From: Malacoraja senta
Lineage: Eukaryota
DNA length: 64,000 bases
Reading direction: 5' to 3'
Assembly (NCBI GenBank): GCA_038087875.1
Contig: CM075993.1
Coordinates: 9,612,001 to 9,676,000, forward strand
Translations under genes and position numbers: made by a program
The notes under the pieces: generated by a model
The model's database searches: none
What the model saw: only the letters and a program-made list of their open reading frames with translations
Told to the model about the DNA's origin: nothing
In this document: positions 12,066 through 25,020 of the stretch, piece by piece
Position numbering within the stretch: position 1 is the first letter of the stretch
Layout of the letters: the number at the start of each line of letters is the position of its first letter

Positions 12066-12488
12066 TCACCCTCCCTTCTCCTCATGTCCTTCCACTTACC
12101 ACCCATTTGCCTATCTCCCAACTCCTTTGCCTATCCTTCACCCCCACAAGGCAGCCCTGTCTCACCACTCCTCCTCTACCTGCCCTCCGCACTCTCTATC
12201 ATTTGCAGCCTCAGAATGTTGACAATTCCTTCCCTTCCGGTGGATGCTGCTCGACCCAGAGTTCCCCCAGCAGATTGTTTGTTCCTCCAGATTCCTTGAA
12301 GCCACATCGGGAGCACCAATGAAGTAAATGGAGAAGGTGCGCGCAAATCTTTGCCTCACTTAGGAAGAGGCTGTTTAGACCCCTTAGGGCTGCCTAGATT
12401 CATCAAGCTTCCATGTTAACTGGGTGTATTCAGCAACAAATATATATTCTGAAATAAATACATTCCAAACAAAATGTTGCCTTTGTTA

Positions 12489-12494
12489 TTTATT
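12489..12494 (-). terminator. Putative PSMA4 polyadenylation signal
   Basis: AATAAA on the minus strand about 165 nt after the stop. Confidence 0.55.
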
Positions 12495-12659
12495 TAAAAA
12501 CCATTTGTCAATTACAAGTCCATATATAACAGTTATGAAAGTGTACAAGTGGCTTGGGATACCTGACGTGTCCACGTCTCTATAGAAGAACCAGCAGACA
12601 ACTAGATTTTCAATAAACTCCCCTTCGGTGCTGGCATCAGCCTTGATTAAATTGCAGTT

Positions 12660-12814
12660 CTACTTTTCCTTCTCTTTTTGGTCCTTTTCCTTTTTCTCAC
12701 GTTCCGACTTTGCTTCCTCTTCCTCATGCCGCTTAATCAAAACCTCTACTTCCTTCTGCTTCAGCACCTTTATCCGCGTTTTGCCATTTTCTCGGGTTAG
12801 TGTTGCAAGTTCCA
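12660..12814 (-). CDS. PSMA4: Proteasome subunit alpha type-4, last coding exon
   Basis: cag acceptor; [51 protein letters not shown]. Confidence 0.97.
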
Positions 12815-13491
12815 CTGCACCAGAGGGAGATGAAATGATACGTTCAAATACCCAATTTCACACGACTTCCGTTCAGAGGAAAATATCTTAAACAATCTAA
12901 CGCCATCTTAAACAATGCAGTTTCTCTTGCCCAGAGTAGGCGAATCGAGGACTAGAGGACATGGGTTTAAGGTGAAGTGGAGTAACTTTTTCACACAAAG
13001 GGTGGTGGGTGTATGGAACAAGCTGCCAGAGGAGGTAGTTCAGGCAGGGACTATCCCAACATTTAAGAAACAGTCAGACAGGGACATGGATAGGACAGAT
13101 TTGGTGGGATATGGACCAAATGCGAACAGGTGGGACATGTTGGCCGGTGTGGGCAAGTTGGGCCGAGGTGCCTACTTCCACATGGTATCACTCTCTGACT
13201 CTAATCGCGGTAGACATGTAGACCTGTGCACTTTCACTCGGGAGGGATAAATGAATACGTCAGAAAGGGCAACTATTCCAGAGGTTCCATGAATCTATCA
13301 AATAAGCATGTCTAAGTGGACTGGAATTACACTCTAAATACTCATCAAAATATTATTGTTATATATCCATGACATTGCTATTCTCAATGTAATAACTGGT
13401 CTCAGGCTAACTGTGGATGTGAATGGTCGGATGTTTCTGTGGGGAGGGATGAAAAGTGGCTGCCATTCAGGCACTGGGATCTCAGTAGTCG

Positions 13492-13785
13492 GGTGGTGCA
13501 GAGGTAGAATTGCTGCCTCACAGCACCAGAGAGCCGGGTTTCTATCCTGATTATATGGATGCTGTCTGTATGGAGTTTGTACCTTCTCCCTGCATGTGTT
13601 TTCCCTGGGTGCTCCGGTTTCCTCCCACACCCCAAAGACGTGCAGGTTTGTAAGTTAATTGGCTTCGGTAAAAATGTAAATTGTCCCTAATGTGTGTAGG
13701 TTAGTGTTTGTGTGCGGGGATCGCTGGTCGACGCGAACTCTGTGGGCTGAAGGGCCTGTTTCCACGCTGTATCTCAAACTAAATG
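13492..13785 (+). mobile_element. V-SINE (HE1-like)
   Basis: tRNA-like head, V-domain and tail. Confidence 0.7.
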
Positions 13786-13896
13786 GTTCCTCACTCCCTC
13801 AGTCTGCAGCTGGCCAACTACAGCCACACACAAGGCACGTACCAGAGAAATAAACTTTTACTTCCTGCCGTGAGTTTTGAAGATTGAGGGGGGATC

Positions 13897-14283
13897 TAGA
13901 AGATTGAGGGGGGATCTTATAGAAACGTACAAAATTCTTAAGGGGTTGGACAGGCTAGATGCAGGAAGATTGTTCCCGATGTTGGGGAAGTCCAGAACAA
14001 GGGGTCACAGTTTAAGGATAAGGAGGAAGTCTTTTAGGACCGAGATGAGAAAAACATTTTTCACACAGAGAGTGGTCAATCTCTGGAATTCTCTGCCACA
14101 GAAGGTAGTTGAGGCCAGTTCATTGGCTATATTTAAGAGGGAGTTAGATGTGGCCCTTGTGGCTAAAGGGATCAGGGGGAGGCAGGTACAGGATACTGAG
14201 TTGGATGATCAGCCATGATCATATTGAATGGCTGTGCAGGCTCGAAGGGCCGAATGGCCTACTCCTGCACCTATTTTCTATGT
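13897..14283 (+). mobile_element. CR1 3' fragment
   Basis: RRLRGDLIETYKI…RGHSLRI…FFTQRVVNLWNSLP plus 3' UTR. Confidence 0.8.
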
Positions 14284-14324
14284 GAATTTTGACTTGATCC
14301 AATGGTTCTGGCAAAAGCAGCTCA

Positions 14325-14525
<201 letters not shown>

Positions 14526-14779
14526 CTAAATGATTCAGCCGCCGGCTTTATAACATCACCAACCACGTTGAGATGACTCTGACTTCTGAGCAATGCTTTG
14601 GCCCTGTCACACGAGCCAAACAGTTTCCAAGTAGCCACACAATTAACTTTAAACACATTAGTTCTGACCTGAGATGTAGACCAAGAGGAAGTGTATAAAA
14701 AACAGGACTCTGATAGGATGATAACTATCACAGCAAAGTGCTGTGTTTATCCACTTCTGGCTGGAAGGGCATCACAAAC

Positions 14780-16680
14780 ATCACAAAGATGGGCTGGTTT
14801 CAGAACAATGGGAAGAGCTCGCATCAATCTCAATGAGGGATGACATATTGGGAAATCTGAAGGGGTTTAAAGGCTGTCAAGTCAGAGGGATTTGATGGCC
14901 TGTAGCCGAGGGGTTTAAACACACTGGCTAAACTCACAAAGTCCTGAGGGCACAAGGGATTGGACAACCATGTATGTAACATTCATTGAGAAAACAAGTG
15001 GGAAACTATACACCAGTTACTTCAACATCTGTTCTTGGGAAGATACTGGAGTCCATAATTAAGTGTGTCATTTAGAAAAGTTTAACACAATCAAACTAGA
15101 TTTTATGAAATTACGTTTGACAAATTAGCTAGAGTTCTTTGAGAGTAGATAGCGGGGAAGCTGCTGATGTTATGTAGCTGGATTTCCAGAAGGTGATAAG
15201 GAGCTGTTTTAGAAGCCTGGTGCATGTTACATTGTTGTTTGTGTGTGTTAGCACAGATTGAACACTAGGTAACTGGAAGACAGTTAGAATAAATGAGTCG
15301 TTATCAGGCTGGAAAGATGTAACTAACGGAGTATCTCAAAGATTAGTCCTTAGCCCTCCATCTATATTAATGATGATCAAGAGGAGGGAGCAGCATGTGA
15401 AGTAGCCACATTGGCTGATGACATGAAAATAGACACCAGGGCATGTTGCGATGAGGATGTATGAACTTTGCATTTTGGATCTGGATAGATTTAGCAAGTG
15501 AGCAAAAATTGGGCAAATGGAGTTGGGCAAGTACTGTACTCCAGTAGGCAGTCTGGAGAATGGGGTGAGGATGGAGGGGGTGCAATGGGCGGTGTGGACA
15601 TGGCGGGCCAAAGGGCCTGTTTCTGGACCGTACAACTCAATGAGAAAGTGCAAATGAGAGGAATGTTCAGTGATAAACCACAAAATGTTAGCTCGCTGAT
15701 GTGGCAAATAATTAAAAGGAAAATGGCATGTTGGCTTTTGTTGTGAGGGGATGGGTTTAAAGACAGAATTTTTCTACAATTATACAGGATGAAGGTGAGG
15801 TGACACCTCAAATACTGTGACCAGTTTTGGTTCATTATTTAAGAAAGGATTTAAGACTAATTGCTGGTTATCCTATGATGAACAGCTAAACGAGTTTGAC
15901 CTGTATTCTTTGGCTTTTTGAAGAATATTGGGCAATCTTATTGAGATATGCAGAATCCCAATGCAGCGTGACAGGGTAGACGTTGAGATGTTTCAACTAG
16001 TGGAAGAATCTTGAACAAGGGCACATTGTTATAAGGGAGCCATAGTTCAATACGCAAATTTAATTTATTTCAAGAGGGCAGGAATACAAAAACAGGAATG
16101 GAATGCTGAGGCTCTGTAAGGCGCTGTTCAGGCGGCATTTGTAGTATTGTGAGCAATTCTGGGCACCATATCTGAGGAAGGATGTGCTGGCTCTGGAGAG
16201 GGTCCAGAGGTTTACAAGAATGATCCCAGGAATGGGTTAACCTATGATGAGCGTTTGACGGCAATATGCCTGTACTTGCTGGAGTTTAGAAGGATGAGCG
16301 GGGGACCTCATTGAAACTTACCGAATATTGAAAGGCTTGGATAGTGTGGATGTGGGGAGGATGTTTCCACTAGTGGGAGTCTAGGACCAGAGGTCATAGC
16401 CTCAGAATTAAAGGACATTCCTTTAGGAAGGCGATGAGGAGGAATTTCTTTAGTCAGAGGGTGGTGAATCTGTGGAATTCTTTGACTTGGCCTCCACAGT
16501 AAGCTGTGGAGGCCAAGTCAATGGATATTTTTAAGGTGGATAGATTCTTAGTATGGGTGTCGAGGGTTATGCGGAGAAGGCAGGAGAATGGGGTTAGGAG
16601 ATGGATCAGCCATGATTGAATGGCGGAGTAGACTTGATGGGCCAAATGACCTAATTCTGCTCCTATCACTTATGACATAA
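14780..16680 (+). mobile_element. Degenerate CR1 LINE fragments in a PSMA4 intron
   Basis: RT-like nucleotide stretches and CR1 3' ends. Confidence 0.65.
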
Positions 16681-16726
16681 TACAAAGGAGCATAGGGATT
16701 GGACAGGCTTTGCTTCAGATACTCAC

Positions 16727-17141
<415 letters not shown>

Positions 17142-17703
17142 TTACAACAGAGATTGGTTGAGGCATAGTGTAAAGGCATGCTTAAGGAGAGGTTGTTCGG
17201 AACTGAAGGGGAAGGGAATCTAAGGTAACGCTAACACATTTAGACAAGGATAATGTGTGGAGGCTTACGGGAAACGTTGAAGATGGCACAGAATGGTTGA
17301 GCCACATGACGTATCTTGCATAATGTAAATAATCCTTGTTGTCTGTGTAAAACCCTTTGAGGTACAGCAACAACCAATTTTCAATGTGAAATGTAAAGAC
17401 ATATCCAATCGAAGTTTAGAAGGGAAACGTTTGGTGATTGACATGTGCATTCTGTGTTAAACCACGCAGATTAGTTTAATCGTTAATTAATAGTCGTGAT
17501 AATTTCTACCACTAATAACACAATTGCATTGATAACAACAATTCATTTGAAATCTGCAAATGTTTTTCATTGTTATAGAATATTAACGAAACTAGGTTGT
17601 GTAATTAAGACAAGATTTTTAAAAACTAAGCTGCATTTGTGATTCAATGTTGCAGAAAGTTCATGATCTTTTACCAAGCAGTTTTGATTCCACTTTGTCT
17701 TAC

Positions 17704-17792
17704 CTCCAAACTGTGTGTAAGCCTGCTTGATATCGCAGAGTGTGGTGACCAGCTGCTCACAAGGGATGGGTTCTTGGTACTGAAGGAGATAC
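17704..17792 (-). CDS. PSMA4: PSMA4 coding exon (89 nt)
   Basis: [33 protein letters not shown] boundaries. Confidence 0.97.
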
Positions 17793-18433
17793 CTGAAGGA
17801 GATACAAGGCACCATTACTGCACGCTGCCCGTGGTCAATCACACCCCAGGGCAAAGTGCAAAGAAAACGTATTTTTACAAGAACTGTTGAATATTCTGTA
17901 CAATTTTCTGATTTAAAGAGGAAGACATTTGCATTGAGGTGGAACTGTGGAGCCACACGAGCTGCTGTGTATTCTCATCCCTGGGAACCAACACGTGTGA
18001 GTCTGGGAGAGCGGTTCCTGCGTTGAGGTGAAGCTTTGTTCCTTATTCATACTTGGGATGTGGGTGATGCTGCCGGCCGTTCACTGACCACCACTATTCA
18101 CCCTCAGGAAGAGGCTGGGACACTGCAATCGGAGTGCTGAAGGTATTCTCAGCAACGTTAGAAGGGAGGCAAGGATCTCGTTGCAGTAACAATGATTAAT
18201 AGCACCACAGGGCCAGGTCAGGAATGGGGAGCAATGCTGGGAGATTTCAGTCTTGCGGTTGTCCGAGTGTGCATGGTTAGCACGGTAGTTGGTTAGCTTG
18301 TAACAACAACTTTTCACTGTACTCGGTACATGTGATAATAAACTAAACTGAACTGAAAAATTTGGGGAGCACAATCACTTGTACAAACTGCAGTCTCAGT
18401 ACGTTGTCTCTACCCATCCCCACAGTTTAGGTT

Positions 18434-18645
18434 GTGTAGGAAGGAACTGCAGATGCTGGTTTAAACCAAAGATAGACACAAAAAGCTGGAGTAATACAGG
18501 TCAGACAGCATCTCTTGAAAAAAGGAATGTGATATTTCGGGTCGACACTGGTGGGTCTGAAGAAGGGTCTCAACCCAAAAAGTCATTCATTCTTTTCTCC
18601 AGAGATACTGTCTGTCTACTGAATTACTCCAGCTTTTTGTGACAA
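18434..18645. mobile_element. Fold-back short element with a degenerate hammerhead core
   Basis: Inverted arms; CTGAAGA at 18557; flanking direct repeat cccacagtt(t/c)aggtt at 18419-18433 and 18646-18660. Confidence 0.65.
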
Positions 18646-19260
18646 CCCACAGTTCAGGTTAATGTACAGCCCAGAGACCGAAACAATAGCTATCAACATT
18701 ACTTCTGATGCTGTCGTTCATTACCATGGTTCAATAGGAATTGGCATCTAAATGTAGTCATGCAAGACTTGTATGTGCTACAACTAAAACTCAGTGCAAC
18801 AAAATCCCCGGGACCAATAACCCTTACATGAACAAAGAGGGATCCGTGTGGGTGGGTGGGGGGGGGGGGGTGGGGGGGGGGGGGGGGGGGGGGGGGTGGG
18901 GGGGGGGGGGGAGAGGTGCTGCCGAGGGCAAAGAGGGACCATCGGGGCTGCTTTGCTACTTTGTTGGTGCCCTATAGATGCCGACTCTTTGCATACTTTG
19001 TGTATGGTTTGCAAAAACAAAGAATTTCACTGTGACATGTCACACGTGGTAACAAAGTATCAATCAATCGATGAAGAAACATAAAATATCCAGTAGACTG
19101 GATTGAGGCTTCTTGTACATAAGTTTTGTACTAACATTTTTCCTGTGGGGCAGCCAGGTTACTACAGATACAGCAGCAGTAAGGATCAGCAAGTGGAGTT
19201 AGGGCAGCTGTATCAGAGGGCAGGTTCTCACGATTCATTCAACACTAACACCTCGGCTTA

Positions 19261-19380
<120 letters not shown>

Positions 19381-20011
19381 TCAACATACATGTACAAACA
19401 TCAACAACAAAATAATAATTTGAGACTATTTTCCTCAAATTACTTAAAATGAACACCTTTTCTGGTCAACTTCGGTAAGATTGTCTTTAGATTGTGCCTA
19501 ATGTATAATAGCATTGTCCACTGATCAGAAAATGTAATTCGCAAAAAAACAGAATTTCACTGTACTTAGGTACATGTGACAATACAGTGCCACTGAGCTC
19601 TCTGGTGGCTGCTTGGCTGCACTAATTTCAGGTTCCCCTTTTCTACATTACCAATCACCCCACACCCACCGTGTCATTTTGAACACCTCCACGTCATTCC
19701 ATTTACAATCCATGGAATACAGACCAGTTGATGGAATTTCAGAGGGTGGTGGGTTATATGGAACAAGCTGCCAGAGGAGGGAGTCGAGGCAGGTACTATA
19801 GCAATTTTTAACGGATATTTGGACAGGTGCAGGGATAGGAAAGTTTACGCTGTATGCGGAGTCAAATGCGGGCAAATGGGACTAGCTTAGATGGGGCATC
19901 TTGGTCAGCATGGATGAGTTGGGCTGAAGGGCTAGTTCCAATCTGTATGATTCTATTTAGGATAATAGACTGTCTCAAGACAAGCGAACACATTTGTTGT
20001 GTCCGAGTTCA

Positions 20012-20191
<180 letters not shown>

Positions 20192-20284
20192 TTAAATGTA
20201 ACGTTTTAAATCAGTTGCCGCACCAATATATTAAATCAGTTCAGACCTTTCATTTTCCCAGAAAACGTTTACTCAGATACTCAC

Positions 20285-20327
20285 CTTCAGGTGAAAAGAT
20301 GGTCGTCCGTGAGTCATATCGTCGAGA
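20285..20327 (-). CDS. PSMA4: PSMA4 coding exon (43 nt), first visible; ATG exon not located
   Basis: SRRYDSRTTIFSPE; cag acceptor, gtgagt donor. Confidence 0.97.
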
Positions 20328-20382
20328 CTGTGGAGGCAAACAAAATAATCAGCCTTATTGTATTGAATTTATTGTCATTATC

Positions 20383-20582
20383 NNNNNNNNNNNNNNNNNN
20401 NNNNNNNNNNNNNNNNNNNNNNNNNNNNNNNNNNNNNNNNNNNNNNNNNNNNNNNNNNNNNNNNNNNNNNNNNNNNNNNNNNNNNNNNNNNNNNNNNNNN
20501 NNNNNNNNNNNNNNNNNNNNNNNNNNNNNNNNNNNNNNNNNNNNNNNNNNNNNNNNNNNNNNNNNNNNNNNNNNNNNNNNNN
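20383..20582. other. Assembly gap (200 N)
   Basis: Run of N. Confidence 1.
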
Positions 20583-20606
20583 AGAATTCACCCCCCCAAG
20601 CGTTGA

Positions 20607-20788
20607 TAGACAAAAGTGCTGGAGAAACTCAGCGGGTGCAGCAGCATCTATGGGGCGAAGGAAATAGGCAACGTTTCGTCCCGAAACGTTGCCTATTTCC
20701 TTCGCTCCATAGATGCTGCTGCACCTGCTGAATTTCTCCAGCACTTTTGTCTACCTTCGATTTTCCAGCATCTGCAGTTCCTTCTTAA
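20607..20788. mobile_element. Palindromic short element (72-bp arms, 3-nt loop)
   Basis: 20607-20678 is the reverse complement of 20682-20753 with 3 mismatches. Sister copies at about 30530 and 55482. Confidence 0.8.
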
Positions 20789-21419
20789 TCACCAAGCATT
20801 GGATTGTTCACCCACAAACAGGGAAGGTCAGCTGGAGTTAGACCGGGGTGAGACAGGGTTAGTTTTACCCCAGGGTAAATGGAGGGAGATGAGTCATGTA
20901 CGGACAGGCAAGTGATGGTCTTGGCATCATGTGTTGAACACAGGCACGGAAATCAGGAGTAGGAAAGCGGGAGCTCGCGGGTCCGGGTGGGAGACCGCTT
21001 TTCGGAGGCTCCAACTTTGTGACATTTAGACCTGGAGCGGGGCCGTACATCGCCCGGCGCGGCCTTAAATGGCCGTGGGACTTACCATCGCCCGCCTGGG
21101 GCTTCAACATCGGGAGAAAAATGGTGCAGGGGAGGGAAAAGACTTGCCTTCCATCACAGTGAGGAGGAGATTCACTGTGATGGCCGTGGGATGGATTCAC
21201 TGTGAGGAGGAGATTCACTGTGATGGATGTTTGTGTGAATTGAATTGTTTGTGTGTTTTGTAGGAATTGTTTTGTTTGTATGGCTGTAGAAACAGAGTTC
21301 CGTTTTGAGCCTCATTGAGATTCAAATGACATGGAATAAATATTGAATTGTATTGTATTGAACTCAGCGGGTCGGGCAGCATCTCTCAGAGAAGGAGTAG
21401 AAGGGTCGAAACCGAAACC

Positions 21420-22270
21420 CAGCCGGCATGAGGGGGAAGGGGAAGGGGAAGGAGGGGTTGACCGGTAGATTCAGCTCCGCGTCCCCGCCGGTGCCGGTGC
21501 CGGCTCCCCTCTCGGTCCCGCTCCAGCCGCCGGACCCTCGGACACGTCCACCCCCTCCCCCTTCCCCCTCCTCTCCATCCGCCGGCCGGGATGAAGCAGC
21601 AACTTTGAGGCTGCCCGGCCGACTAGGCCGCAGCCTCCGGGACCGGTCGCGGGACTCGGTGCGGTGGGTGGGGGGCGGCCCTGGCTCCGGTCCGGTCCCT
21701 CTCCCCGGTGCCTCTCTCTCTCTCTCTCTCTCCCTCTCTCTCCCTCCCTCTCCCTGCCCTCTGGCAGCCCGCGGCCCCGCTCCCGCCGCCTCTACCTGTC
21801 CTGTCCCGCCGCCGCCGCTCCTTCCCTGCACCGACCAGGCACTGCACCCGCCACACAGCGCCCCCTGTCGCCCAGGAGGAGTCCCCGCCACACAGCGCCC
21901 CCTGTCGCCCGGGAGGAGTCCCCGCCGCACAGCGCCCCCTGTCGCCCGGGAGAAGTCCCCGCCGCACAGCGCCCCCTGTCGCCCGGGTGGAGTCCCCGCC
22001 ACAGCGCTCCCTGTCGCCCCGGTGGAGTCCCCGCCACACAGCGCTCCCTGTTGCCCGGGAGGAGTCCCCGCCACACAGCGCCCCCTGTTGCCCGGGAGGA
22101 GTCCCCGCCGCACAGCGCCCCCTGTCGCCCGGGAGGAGTCCCCGCCACACAGCGCCCCCTGTTGCCCGGGAGGAGTCCCCGCCACACAGCGCTCCCTGTT
22201 GCCCGGGAGGAGTCCCCGCCACACAGCGCCCCCTGTCGCCCGGGAGGAGCCGACGGCCCAGCGGGGCATT
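21420..22270. promoter_or_regulatory. GC/CpG-rich island, candidate PSMA4 promoter region
   Basis: Sharp rise in GC and CpG about 1-2 kb upstream of the first visible PSMA4 exon, across a gap of unknown true size. Confidence 0.45.
21848..22250. repeat. 37-bp GC-rich minisatellite, about 11 units
   Basis: Unit ccacacagcgccccctgtcgcccgggaggagtccccg repeated with few variants. Confidence 0.95.
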
Positions 22271-24381
22271 TTCAGCTCCATATTCCCACCACTCCAGAAA
22301 CATAACCAGGTCACCATTATACCCAAGGTAGACACAAAGTGCTGGAGTAACTCCTCCACACTGCGCAATCTCCTCAAGTTATCCCTACTTTGAAAATGTT
22401 CTCCTATCAACGGCGAGCACCCTTCCATATCTCTCGTCTCCCTCTCCCCTAACTCTCAGTTTGAAGAAGGGTCTGGACCAGAAACGTCACCCATTCCTTC
22501 TCTCCACAGATGCTGCCTGTCCCGCTGAGTTACTCCAGCATTTTGTGTCTACCTTCTGAGTACACCAGCATCTGCAGTTCCTTTAGACACATTTTGTCTG
22601 CTCCACTGCAAAATCTCCTCATGGTATGCCTACTTTGAAGAAGTTCTCCGACGAACACACCATTATACCCAAGATAGACACAAAAGCTGGTCCACTCAGT
22701 ACATGCTGGCCATCGCTCAGCTGTTCACACTAGTTCTATGTTATCCCACTTTCTCATCCACTCCCTACACACGAGGGGCAATTTGCAGAGACAAATTAAC
22801 TTAAAAACCCGCATGTCTTTGGGCTGTGGGGGGAAACTGGAGCACCCGGAGGAAACCCAGGCAGTCACAGGGTGAATGTACAAACTCCACGTAGACAACA
22901 CCTGAGGTCATGATCGAACCAGAGTCTCTGGTGCTGAGCAGAAAATTTACTGCGCACAATATGTTGCCTGAGATGCATCTGTCTCCCTCTCTCATCAGTA
23001 AGTAGTTCCATCTTGATTAAAACTTTTATTAAACTATAGATTTCTTTTAGTATTCAGGCTGTAACAAAGTTTTCTCCACAGGAGCCTATTTACATCTTCA
23101 TTCCCTCCTTTCTCTCTTTCAATTTCAATTTCAATCACTCCTCCCAATGTTCCATCCGACGAGCATCTCTCCCTTTCACAGTTCTGACAAATAGTCACAT
23201 ATCCAAATTGTTGGCTTTTAAGATGATGTTGCATGTGGGAGGAAATTATCGGTATTATTTGGCCACATGTAATACACCGTGCCCAAGTATTGATAGTGTT
23301 CACCACCATGCATCGTAAACATGCAAACCCAACGAGTTATTGTCACACAGCATGGAAACAGGCCCTTCGGCCCAACTTGTTCATGCGGACCAAGATGCCC
23401 CGTCTAAGCTAGTACCCATATTTGTTTGGCCCATATTCTCTAAGACTGAGAGTCAGGGGAGAGGGAAACGAGAGATATAGACAGCGATGTAGGGAGATAT
23501 AGAGCAAATGAATGAAAGATGTGCAAAAAAGTAATGATGATCAAGGAATTGGTCGATTGTTGGCTGTGCTGGGTGTAAAACACATATGGCTGTGGTAACG
23601 AGTCTGGGTTAAAACGTGGTGGTGGAGCCGGAGAGATTTATATAACGGTGTAAGTGTCTTTTAAAAGCTGTAATAGTACCTGCCTCAACCACTGTACCTC
23701 TTCTGGCAGCTCGTTCCATGTACCACCTGCCTCTGAGTGAAAGAATTACCCCTCAGTTTCAAATTAAATCTTGTCCCTCTAAACTTCAACATATCTCCTC
23801 TGGCTTTTGATTTCCATACCCAGGAAAAAGACTCTGTATTCATCCTATCTATTCCTCTCAAGATTTTACACACCTTTATAGGATGCCCCTTCAATCTCCT
23901 CCGCTGCAAGGAATAAAGTCCTGCCTAACGTGCCTAACCTCTCCCCCTATTGAGACCCTCAAATCCTGGCAACATCCTTGTAAATCTTCTCTGCACTTTC
24001 CAGCTTAACAGTATCCTTCCTAGAGCAAGGTGAACAAAACCAAACACAATGCTTCAAAAGTGGCCTCACCAATGTCTAGTACAACTATCACATAACGCTC
24101 CAACTTCTATACTCAATACCCTAATTGATAAAAGCCAATGTACCGAAAGCCTTCTTGGCCACCCTATCTACCTGTGATGCCACTTTCAGGGAACCATGTA
24201 CCTGTCTCCAACTTGACATTACTTCTTTTTTTATTGCCCAATCTGAATTTCGACTCAGGTTAAAGAAAGATAGGCTCTTGCATTACTGAAACCTGCTGAG
24301 ATTTGCAAGTATCTTTTCCTTAAATCGACCTATAATTTGTTCCAGCGGGTCAGGCAGCATCGCTGGAGAACACTGATAGGT

Positions 24382-24409
24382 GACGTTTCGGGTCAGAACC
24401 CTTCTTCAG
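24382..24409 (-). ncRNA. Minimal hammerhead ribozyme-like motif
   Basis: Minus strand CTGAAGA-AGGGTTCTGACCC-GAAACGTC. Confidence 0.55.
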
Positions 24410-24619
24410 ATGCTGCCTGACACTGAATTACTCCTGCACATTGTCTTTTTTTGTAAATCAGCATCTGCACTTTAGACTTTACTTTAGAGATACAGCGTGG
24501 AAACAGGCCCTTCGGTCCACCGAGTCCACGTTGACTATCGATCACCCCATACACCAGCACTATCGTTCACACTAGGGACAATTTATAATTTACAGAAGCC
24601 TATTATCCTCCATTGTCTT

Positions 24620-25020
24620 TAGTCCTAGGTCTCCTCTATTGTCAGAGTGAGGCTGAAAGCAAATTGGAGGAACAGCGAATGAATATTGATTTCTCTCACT
24701 TCAGGTAATCCCGGCATTCCCTCTCTATTGTCCCCCGCCCAAGTCACACCAACTTCTTGTTTTCACCCAACAAACATCTAACAATAGCCTGTTTCCTTTA
24801 TCATCACTACCTCTTTGCATATCTTTCATTCATTGTTCTTTATCTCTCCACATCATCGTCTATATCTCTTGTTTCCCTTTTCCCTAACTAGTCTGAAGAA
24901 GGGTCTAAACCCGAAATGTCACCCATACCTTCTCTCCAGAGATGCTGCCTGTCCCGCTGCGACTCCAGCTTTTTGTGTTGATCTTCATTTTAAACCAGCA
25001 TCTGCAGTTCCTTCCTACAC
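24620..25020 (+). mobile_element. Penelope-like 3' end with terminal repeat
   Basis: GLLYCQSEAESKLEEQ-like C-terminus, a pyrimidine-rich 3' region, then CTGAAGA (24893)…GAAATGTC (24913). Confidence 0.55.

Noticed and set aside
18849..18911. Poly-G run as a functional G-quadruplex
   Set aside because: It is a low-complexity homopolymer of unreliable length with no supporting evidence.
21080..21110. Minus-strand GCGATG|GTAAGT, which looks like the missing PSMA4 ATG mini-exon
   Set aside because: It lies in an interspersed repeat also seen near 49245 and 59655. The true ATG exon more likely falls in the gap.
21848..22250. CRISPR-like appearance of the 37-bp repeat
   Set aside because: The units are head-to-tail with no unique spacers, there are no cas genes, and the context is vertebrate.
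21364..22428. Long overlapping ORFs (354, 321, 226, 213, 207 aa)
   Set aside because: They result from the stop-poor GC-rich minisatellite and give repetitive translation in all frames.
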